A DNA stretch of 55,763 nucleotides, the filler included, from Sphacelaria rigidula (taxonomy: Eukaryota): assembly GCA_964200075.2 (NCBI GenBank). It is 6 parts of 6 records of this genome, joined end to end, with 100 filler letters (N's around TTAATTAATTAA, not from the genome) between each part and the next. Parts side by side here need not be neighbours in the genome. Positions count along the whole stretch, not along the records: positions 9,312 to 18,522 come from CAXNAA020009036.1; positions 18,623 to 27,833 come from CAXNAA020009037.1; 4 more parts are not named here. One strand, written 5' to 3'. Positions 12,129 through 22,300 of the stretch are shown piece by piece. Made by a program: the position numbers and the translations under genes. Each line of letters starts with the position of its first letter. Position 1 is the stretch's first letter. The notes under the pieces are model-generated. The model saw only the letters and a program-made list of their open reading frames with translations. It did no database searches and had not been told where the DNA came from.

Positions 12129-15100
12129 TCATAGACGACTCATGACAGCGTGCGCCCTGCCTTCGACCTGATCTTTGGTGGCATAGGCAGTCTTCACTGT
12201 CTTCTCTAGCTTTGCGGGTAGATGAGCGTCCGCGTAGCCGGGAATAACCTTTAGAAGTTACGGCACATAACACAAATATGAACAAAAAAACGTGAAACAA
12301 CAATTAGAAGGTTAACGTACGCCAGCACTATATACCGCCAATCGAGAACATATGTTCGCATGGAACCAAGCATACCCATGAGTAACACCTGCAAATAGCC
12401 AAGCAGTGGTGTACATGTCGGAACCTACACCACACCCGAAATGCAGGTTTTCGCCCATGTTTGGCGCTCGCGCGGAGGTGGGGGGTGGGGGGTGGGGGGT
12501 GGGAGGCTGCCAGAAGAAGTCACACCTCAAAAAGTTTATTCACGTATTGGGAATATGTTACTGGACCCGGAGCAAGGGTGCACACTGCAATCGAGACATT
12601 GATGAGAGTTGAACGCACGTAATTGAAATCGACCTGATATGGTGATTGAGATCAACCATGAGGCGGCTCGGTTGTGAACTTGCCTCGAGACCGCGCCGCA
12701 CTCTGGGAGGGGAGGAGGGGGGGGGGGCGACGTGTGGAAGAGTATCGATTCACTCAACCAGCTTCCTATATAGGTGCAGTCACAACCTGCAGCTACTGCA
12801 GCTGATTGTAGAGGTCTGCATACCGTGTTTTGGTGGTTTTCGGCCATATGCAACACGTTTTTCAAGGTCTTCAGCGGGGGTGAAGAGGGACGGGGGGCGG
12901 GGGGCGGGGGGGGGCGTACTCATTTGTTGCTTGCCTTAGTATTTTCACCATCGACCACCCATCCCTTTTAGAAACGGAGCACCGCTCCTACTTCTGATAC
13001 AGACACCTTCAACATGTCGGTGCTCATCACGTTTATTCCACACACTACATAAAAACGGTGTACACATCTTATCCCCGTCCTGTTTCGCCGTTTGTGGCCA
13101 CCATCTATCTCCTGGTATGGCCATCATTTTCTCGCTACGGTCTAATGCATCAAACGATTTGGTGCCACCTTCACTCACGTCCTACATGTCCCCCTCTAGC
13201 ATGTCCCGTTCCTCCTTGATTAGTCCACATTCTGCCACTATATGACTTCTGCTCTATATTGCTCGCCACAGGGGCAGTTCTGTCTATCTACTTTCTCCTC
13301 CTCTCGACTACTGGTGAACCCCTTTCTTTTTTCTGGCAGGTCCAGATCCCCCACCCGAAATTGCAGTTTCGATTTTTTCGCCGCGTTCACTGAGCCATGC
13401 AGATATGTTTTCATCCCTATCCCGTATCTCAACCCCCTGTGTATCTTCAGGTGTTCTCCCTCGTCTACTTTGCATCTGAGCGTATCTCTTCCCCTTGTTT
13501 GAATCATACATCTTACGTTTGTCTTGTACAGTACCCCCCGCCGTCATCCATGGACAGTATTTCGTCTTGGATTTTTCTATCTCCTACCATGCTTTCTCAA
13601 CCTCTCTATCCCACCTTATTTCAGCCTGACCTTTTGATACTTTCTTCCATACAGCCCTATCAACTATGGCTGGCAAATCTCTTTCTCTGCGTGTTCTTTA
13701 CGTCATATTGCCATCGCAATTTTCCCATGTCTGAGCTGTTTGAAGTGGGTATATTCCCAACTCTGCTCTCAACGCTGTATTACTCGTCGTAATCGAGCAT
13801 CCACGTATTCCTTAGCTTCTGCCATCTGTACTGTTCCCAACCTCTCCACCAACTTCACGTTCCCTCGCATACGTCTCCTGCATATTCCAGCTTTGGTACA
13901 ATCACGCTCATCAGGATACAGCTCTTAATCCTAGTATCTAGGTGCGGATCTCTGACGATCACGTCCATTTTGCCTGTCTGTGCCTTACCCTCTTCTATTA
14001 CGTTGTTTATGTGAGCATAGCAAGAACAGTGTTTTTAGATCTCTACGCCAAGGTATGTATACTGATCTACGATCCGCAGTTCCTCTTTCTTCCCAATTCC
14101 GTTTGAACTCTTCCGGATTTTTCTTCTCTCCGTTAGATACAAGTACCGCGCATTTATTTACGTTCGCTGTCACTCTCCATTCCCTAGTGTATTCTAGCGC
14201 GTTCTCTATTTGCTTTTTCAATCTTTCTGGCGTTTCTGATATCCCCACGAACTCATCCGCGAACGTCAATCCTGATATCGTATCTTCATCCACCCTGACG
14301 TGTGCTTTGGTGCTTGTATTGCTTTTATCACATCATGATTCAATACCTTAGATAAAGTGGTTGAAAAAGATGAAGTACATCTTTGTGCAACTCCTTATAT
14401 TTCAAGATATCAAAATATTTCGCACCTTGGACAACATATGGTCAATAGTTGCAAGTTGCAATAGACAAGAAACGTACTGCATGAAGTATAGGACTATTGC
14501 GGCTATTTTCGGCCGGCAATAGTTGTAATAGGCCCATACTTTATGCAGTACACTTCTTGTCTATTGAATCTGTTGACCATACGTTGTCTAGGGTGTGAAG
14601 CATTACGATATTTCTTCGTCTAGCATCGTAGCACGTTTCGCCCACTCTGTTATATTCTTCGCTTTTCTCCACTTTGTAAAATGCCAGTTTCCCATGACTT
14701 TTTCCACAGTCCATTTATCCACACTGTGTCACAGGCTTTTTGTACGTCTAGAAAGACACAGTGCATTGTCAGCCCGGCGTCTTTCCTACCTCGAACAATC
14801 CCACCTCATGTGTACACATGGTCTACGGAACCGCGGTTTGGCCTCAAACCTGCTCGCCTCTCGCTGATTTATCCTTCCTTTTCTAGCATCGCTCCCACTT
14901 CATTTGAAATCTTCCAGAATGTTTTCCCTACGGTGTTCAGTAGCGATATTCCTCTATGATTTCCTGGATCTGTCTTGTCTCTTTCCTGAAAAGGTTGACG
15001 ACTACTCCTGCTCTCCACCTCTTGGGTGTGTGCTCATTTCCCCACATCAAGTTGTACAGTATTATAATCATGATAATCATCACCTCTCCCCCGTACTTCA

Positions 15101-16747
15101 GAAATGCATTCACTGTGTCATCTGCCCCCGCTGCCTTCCAACTCTTGAGTTTGGCTACACACACTTTTTTAATTCCATCTCTTAAGAAATTCCTCTGCAA
15201 GTTTCTTCAGTCATCATCTTCACGTTTGGATGCCTCTACATGTGCCTCTGCCAACGCAATGATTTCTGTTTCGAATGTCGCATCGAGGGGTGGGGAGGGG
15301 GGAGCGTACTCATCTGTTGCTTGCCCGCGTCGATTAACCATTGACCACGCATCTCATTTGCGACTGAGCACCGTTCCTACTTCAAATAGAGGCACCTCCA
15401 GCATTTGGGCACCTATTAAATTCCCAGCACATATCACACAAGAACCTTTTGCATAGTTAATTCTCCTCCTGTTTCGTCGCCTGTGGCCGCCATTTATCTC
15501 CTAATGTAGAGATCATTTTTTTGCTCTCTACCGAACGATTTCATTCAACCTTCGTTTCGTGCCGCCTTCGTTTACTTCCAACATATTCCCCTTCTTGTAT
15601 AGTTCACATTCGGCCACTACAAGAGTTCTACTCTCCATCGCTTCACCACAGGGACGGTTCTGTGCATCTACTTCCTTTTCCACCCGACTACGGGAATACC
15701 TTTTTCTTCTTTATGGCAAGTCCAGGTCTCTCACCCAAAATCGCAGTTTCAAATTTGTCGCCGAACCCGTTGGGCCGTGCAGATATGTTTTCATGCCTAT
15801 CCCCTCTTCCAGCCCCCCGCATATCTCCAAGTTTTCTTCCTCGTCTACTTCCCGTCTAAGCGTGTGTTTTTTCCCTTATTTCCATCATGTCGCCCTTTTG
15901 TGCTGTACCCCATATATTCACCTATGGACAATATATCGCCTTCGTTTCCTCACATCTCCTCCCATACTTTCTCGACTACACTATTCCACCTTATTCAAGC
16001 CTGCCCTTTCGTCACGTTCTTCCAGACCTCCCTATCAACTGTGGCTGGAAATCCTCTTCTCGTCATGTTCATTATGCTACATTGTCATTTCAATTCCTTT
16101 ATGTCTCTAATTGTTCCAAGTGGGTACATTCCCAACTCTGCTCTCCATTTTGTTTTTACTCGACGTATTTGATCATTCAAGTATTTTCTTAGCTGCTGTC
16201 ATCTGTACTGTTTCCAGCTTCTTCACCAGAGGGGGTGAAGGCGCGCGCGGGGGGGGGGGGGGGGGGGGGGAAAAAAAAAAAAAAAAAAAAAGAGTGGGTG
16301 ATTTTTTTGGTGAGAGAGGGAGAAAAAAAGGGATTTGGGGTAGGAGAGGAGGGAGGATGGGCTGGATGGGCGAGAAGAGAAGAAATAAAAAAGATAAAAA
16401 CAATAAATGATCATGGATGACTTCTTGCTGAAGAGTGTGTACACGAAAGTGGTCGAAAAAGAAATGCGTCATAGTTTAGAGTTACATGTCTCTCCCCTTC
16501 CTCTCAAAAACGCGTCACGGTAATTGAGGTTTAGGCACAAACCTGGAAAAAGAAAGACGGTGCAAACACACTGCCCTCAATATGTATCGGCTACTACTAT
16601 ACTTCAAAGTAAGGCATACAAAAAAACAAGAAAATATTTGAAAGCAAAATCCGCTCATCCACTCGTCCATCTCCTTCTTACTTGAATTCCGCGTTTGTCG
16701 TCTCGTGCCTTGCTTGCCTCTACGCTCGCCGCTACTTCCCTCTCAAT
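12129..16747 (-). CDS. Last two exons of an uncharacterised protein
   Basis: Exon 16747-16682 (cag|IEREVAASVEASKARDDKRGIQ|gtaag) joins in phase 0 to terminal exon 12248-12129 (aag|VIPGYADAHLPAKLEKTVKTAYATKDQVEGRAHAVMSRL*). The intron is filled with LINE copies. No homology recognised. Confidence 0.55.
12892..15282 (-). mobile_element. Decayed, 5'-truncated non-LTR retrotransposon, family A (RT + C-terminal Zn knuckle; poly(C) 3' end)
   Basis: Minus-strand fragments KAAGADDTVNAFLKYGGE, HTPKRWRAGVVVNLF, FADEFVGISETPE and CPCGE. The 3' terminus reads GCAAGCAACAAATGAGTACG-C-run. Interrupted by the palindromic element at 14423-14595. Confidence 0.9.
14423..14595. mobile_element. Fully palindromic MITE (~173 bp) nested in LINE RT
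   Basis: Ends CACCTTGGACAACATATGGTCAA and TTGACCATACGTTGTCTAGGGTG; the arms stay complementary almost to the centre. The paralogous LINE copy (around 22741) lacks it. Confidence 0.85.
15287..16228 (-). mobile_element. Family A LINE, 3' ~0.9 kb fragment, head-to-tail with the previous copy
   Basis: Aligns by eye with 12915-13850 and 23300-24680 (VKKLETVQMTAAKKI; 3' terminus ...GATGAGTACGCTCCCCC). Confidence 0.88.
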
Positions 16748-17120
16748 CTGCAAAAGCGACCCAACGCCAGGGAAAAACACACAGTTCCAACGGGGAGCGG
16801 AGCAGGCCGGCGCGCGCGCGAGGGGGGCGGATGGGCGGGCGGGTGGGCGGGCGGGAGGGGTTGAGTACGCTTGTATCTTTGCGCGTAGAGAGCGAATCGA
16901 AGGGAGTGGCGACCTATGCTGCTGGAAAGTTCAACTCGGCCGGTGACACGCAATGAGCGGCTCTGGGGAACCGATAAAAGGCAACGACACCGGAGTCGAA
17001 ATACGGACCGAAATCAGAGGAGGGGACTCAAAAACGAGAGATTTCTTGTCGGCTCGCTCTATGATCGATCGTGAACTTTTTGCTGGAATTATTTCCCCGT
17101 TCCTCTTCTTTTCTCTCCCC

Positions 17121-18522
17121 ACCCACGCAAGATTCATATCGAATACAACTACGGTAGGATAGGAGGAGTATACAATAGCTCGAAAGGAAGTAAAAACGAT
17201 GGTGAAGGAGGAAATGAAGGGAGTCTGGGAAGAGGTGGATAAAACAAACGACAATTTTGATGGCGGAATGAAAAAAATGTGGGTAGGGGTAAAGGGGATC
17301 ATGGGAAACCAGGCAGGAAAGATGGACAACGGGATAGCCACGCTACGGGCACGGAACGGTGAAACGGTCAATAAGCAGTTCGAAGGGGAAGAGAGAAGTG
17401 CTAATAGAGCACTACAGTAACTAGAAACACCAAAACCTAACAGGAAGGTCGACAAGGAATTCGAAAAAGAAATCAACACGTGGGCAGAGGCACATGTAGA
17501 GACGTCAAAACGTCAAGATAATGACTCGAGAGACTTGCAGAGAAATTTCACAAGATATGAGGTGAAGAAGTGCGTAGCTAAATTCAAGGATAGGAAGGCA
17601 GCGGGGGCAAACGACATAGTGAATGAATTTCTAAAGTACGGGGGAGAGGGAATGATTGCCATGATGGTCATGCTGTACAACTTGATGTGGGATATCGAGC
17701 ACACACCCAAGAGGTGGAGAGAAGGAGTAGTCGTCAACTTTTCCAAAAAAGGAGACAAGGCTAACCCAGGGAGTAAAGAGGAATAAGGCTACAGCGCAAC
17801 GTATGGAAAGCATTCTGTAAAATTCTGAACGATAGAGTAGGAACGATGATAGGAAAGGAAGACAAAATCAACGAGGCACAAGCAGGTCCTAGACCAAACC
17901 GTAGTTGCGTAGACCATGTGTACACATGAAGTGAGTTTTTCAGGGTAGGAAAGATGCCGAGTTGACAACATACTGTTTCTTTCTAGACGCACAAAAGGCT
18001 CATGACACAGTATGGATAAATGGGTTGTGGAAACCGTTGTGAGGAACTGGCATCATTTAGGAACAATGTGGAGAATGGTGGAGAAGATGACAGAAGGTGC
18101 CCAAAGTGCCATGATGCCAGACGGGGAAATATCGGAATAGTCTGATATATTACAAGGAGTTGCACAAGGATATACCTTATCACCCAATTTGTTCAAGGTA
18201 TATATTAATGATCTATTACATTAGCAATAGAGGCAACGAAGCAGGGAGTCGAGATGGGGGAAGATATGGTACCAGGATTGATGTTCGCGGATGATTTTGT
18301 GGGGATATCAGAAACACCAGAAGGACTACACAGATAGACAAGGCACTAGAGTACACTAGGAAATGGAGAGGGACAGCGAACGTCAACAAATGCGCGGTAC
18401 TTGTATGTGACGAAGATAAGAAAAAATCCGGAAGAGTTCAAACGGAAGTGGGGAGAAGAGGAACTGCCGATTGTAGACCAGTATACATACCTTGGCGTAG
18501 AGATCTCAGAGAATTGTTTTTG
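17121..18522 (+). mobile_element. Family A LINE, RT region (decayed; cut by fragment end)
   Basis: RKAAGANDIVNEFLKYGGE, HTPKRWREGVVVNF, FLDAQKAHD and MFADDFVG; colinear with 21730-23120. Confidence 0.9.
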
Positions 18523-18622
18523 NNNNNNNNNNNNNNNNNNNNNNNNNNNNNNNNNNNNNNNNNNNNTTAATTAATTAANNNNNNNNNNNNNNNNNNNNNN
18601 NNNNNNNNNNNNNNNNNNNNNN

Positions 18623-18660
18623 ATGTATGTATGTATGTATGTATGTATGTATGTATGTAT
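18623..18660. repeat. (ATGT)n microsatellite
   Basis: Tandem ATGT seen directly. Confidence 0.95.
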
Positions 18661-18929
18661 TTATGTTTATACTCATGTGGATTTGCTTTGTCACTGAGGG
18701 CAGAGGGACAAAGAAAGACACAGCAGACTGCGTGACGAATGAGGAATGTTCGTGATACATTTCATGGAGAATACGCGGTCGACTTTACCCTACGTGATGC
18801 GCCCCCTCACACGAATAACAAGATCTGGTGGTATTGGACGCGCAACGACACAACACACACACCGGGTGAACGGGTTTCGTCTTTTCGACCCCACCACATC
18901 CGGAGTACCCTACAAAGAGGCGCTTAGCG

Positions 18930-19190
18930 TCAAAGGACGCTTTCAAACGACACAACGCCAGCTAGCACCTATTTCGCTGTAGGTATTCTTTCGCAGAGAA
19001 CTTCACACATCCCTACACAAAGAATACACATAAACAGACGGAAATTAGAAGCAGTAAATCAATATGACTCTCAGATGGCTTTCAGATGCTATTTACCGTA
19101 AAGCAACGCCTGACGGTAATATCCCTCCTCCTGACCTCAAATGGCGCCCATACCTAACAGAACGCCAGCTAGTACCCATTTCGCGGTAGG
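18930..19190 (-). pseudogene. Two tandem degenerate copies of the dynein C-terminal 17 codons plus stop
   Basis: 19190-19137 = PTAKWVLAGVLLGMGAI*; 18983-18930 = PTAK*VLAGVVSFESVL*; the real end at 19438-19385 = PTAKWVLAGVVLVMDII*. Confidence 0.8.
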
Positions 19191-19384
19191 TTATCTCTTG
19201 CAATTCCATTCCATTGGCCATTCTAATAAATAGATCACACCAAGCAAACTAATACACATATCAGTGAGTGAGCATCGCTCTCAGATGGCATTTGCCACAA
19301 AAAAACGCGTGAGAGTATTATTCTTTTCACCGTAAAAATCGTACTGATGGCAACCCCCAATATTAGTAGACGTACGGTAGGCTC

Positions 19385-22300
19385 TTAGATGATATCCATC
19401 ACCAAAACGACGCCTGCCAACACCCACTTAGCTGTGGGTGCTTTGGTTCGGAGTCGGGCGTCGAGGACATAGGTGGGACCTCTCTGCTGAGTTTTGTACA
19501 CAGGACACCTGGGATGGATTGACACATGATATCGGGAGGGGCGGGAGCGGGAACCTGTTTGGACTAGGTTTGGAATTTTCTTATTGAATTATAGACATGA
19601 AGCCGCTAGCATTGGAGTTGTCGTGTAATCGAAAATAAATGGGAAAAATGAGGGGAGGGAAGCACGAAAATCGACACATACATCATACCCCGAGGCAACA
19701 AACAGCACATCCGTCCATGTAGTTGCCGTCCTACATCATGTCTCACATGAAAGTTGAGTTGTCCACCTTCGCACTGACCACCGCTACACAGTTGATAATG
19801 GGCATCGGGCAGTACATCTCCCTTGGCTTGGAACTCTCCAGATGTTGCGCCTGGTGAGCGACGGACGCGGAGTGAGAAATAACGCCAGTACAGTAGATTA
19901 CAGTACAGGTCGATGTGTCGGAATGATAAGAGTATTTTTCAGGTCTCGCTTCTACATACAAAAAATGGAATGTGTACATGGGGCTACGATGATGAGAATT
20001 ATCCGGACACAGGAATCACCTCCAGTAGTGACGAAGAATCATAATCATCACACGTGAAAGCGTGTACGACAAGGCAATACTTCGCATGAACATATACAGA
20101 TTTCCACGTAGCTTACGTTTCGATTGCTACTAGATCCTTGGGAATAAAAAAATATACCAAGGGCTGATAGTGGCACTATGACTCACTTCCCTCCGTTCTC
20201 CGCATGTTGGGCCGAAGTGCCTGCCGAGTTGAGCCTCGAAATGTAAACGGCAATTTTATATATATATATATATGTAGAGAGCATCGCAATGTCCGACACG
20301 AAGGCGATTTTACCTGTAGATTCCATCGAGCCCCGTCCAAACTCAGTCCATTGATGTACGCTCCCGTTCGGCTTGGCGCAGCGATGTCTGTGACGTCCAT
20401 CTTCGAGAAGGAGCAACCGGTGCATACACGATCCGGTACGGGACAAGCAATACGAGTATTAACCCTTAGCATTTGCGGCGCTTCTATCTGTCGAGTCGGC
20501 AATGTGTTCTCTCGAAAAAGACTGATAAGCTCAAGCATCCACCAGCGAGCACTCATAGAAATAAGGGGCCTGATGAACACGGTAATCGTTTCAGATTCGT
20601 CCTTACTTTTCCCGAAAAACTAGAAATTATTTCCGACTTTACAACCACAAAAAGTTTGGAAAAATTCCGATGCTATTTTTCTGGAGAGACATGTAGTCAG
20701 TCTTAGATTGATCCACTGCCTGAACTGGTTGAAAAATCTTCCCTCGGTTATTTGGAGATCCCCCCCCCCCGTCTCGAAAGGGATGCGTGGTCAATGGTCA
20801 AATGACTAAGGCAAGCAACAAATGAGTACCCCCCCCCCCCCCCCCACGAGTACAATAGTCAATGGTCTGATGACTATGGCATGCATGATCATGAGTACAC
20901 CCCCCCCCTCACGAGTACCCCCCACGAGAGCACAGGGATAAGGTTACCAGGAGAGCGGGGAACGAAGGACTTCCTCGTAGGGAACATCTATATGTCCCCA
21001 GAACCGAAGAGTAGGGTGAACGATATACAATGGAGGTTTGAAGAGATAGCAGCAGATGTACCTAAGTGTAAAAGGCAAGGAGAAGTAGTGTTAGTGGGAG
21101 ATGTGAACGCAAGGGTAGGAAGATCAGGTCAACCGGATGATATCATTGGGCAATACGGGGAAGATAAGAAGAACACGAATGGGGTAGAAATGCTGAGGTT
21201 TCTCGAGCATAACGAGATGAACACGCTGAACGATAGAGCACGAAAACCAGGGGCGCAATGGGCATTGATGAGGAAATGCAAAGACAAGAGAGAACGTTCC
21301 GTTCTGGACTATATAGTGGTAAAGCATGGGAATGCCAATAAATGGAAGTAGAAGTATGCTCAGAGGACGTGGTAACCACAGAGTATTGCCTAATATGGAC
21401 AGGAAGCCAACAGACGGGAACTAAAATACTCAGGCGGGGTAGGAATCTGTACAAATGGAGAATCGATGAACTAGATGCGGAAGAGAAACGGCAACTGTTC
21501 AAAGAAGAGATGGTCAAGAATGCAGTGAATGTTTCCGAGCTGTTGGAACGCGTAGGCACAGTTGATATCGGAATGGAAAGAAATCGGGCATGAGCGAAGA
21601 TTATAGAAGGGTGGGGGCAGTTGATCAAGAACCCAGCGAGTAAAGTCATAGGAAAGAAACTGATCGTATGCAACAGAGCAATAACATCGTGGGCTGAGGA
21701 AGTAAAAGAGGCTATCAGAGTAAGGAGAGAGGCCCACGCGAGATGGGTGTCGAGAAAAAGTACGGTAGGATGGGAGGAGTATACTAAAGGTCGAAAGGAA
21801 GTTAAGAAGATGGTACAGAAGAAATAAAAAGAGGCTATGGGAACATGTAGTGGAAAAAACAAATGAAGATTTCGGTGGCGGGATAAAACAAACAAATTTG
21901 GGTAGGGATAAAAGGTATTACGAGAAATCAGGCAGGAAAGATGGGCATCGGGATAGCCACACTCCGGTCACAGAACGGTAAAACGGTCAGCAATTCGAAG
22001 GGGAAGAGAGAAGCGCTCGTTGAGCACTGCCGTAAACTGGGAACACCAGAAACAACCATGAACTTCGACACGGAATTCGAAAAAGAGATCAACGCGTGGG
22101 CAGAGGTAAATGTAGAGATGTCCAAATGGGAGGATAGAGGCTCGAAATAACTGCAGAGAGAGTTCGCCAGAGATGAAGTAAAGGAGGGCGTAGCTCAATT
22201 CAAGAACAAAGAGTCAGCAGGGGCAGAAGGAATAGTGAATGGATTTCTCAAGTATGGGGGAGAGGAAATTATTACAATGATGGTTATGCTATATAACTGG

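Noticed and set aside
16241-16410. G22-A21 run followed by purine-only sequence
   Set aside because: Low complexity right after a long G homopolymer; probably sequencing or consensus noise, or a simple repeat.
20459-20480. TTAACCCTT, a piggyBac-like left end in a dynein intron
   Set aside because: No complementary right TIR found in the fragment.
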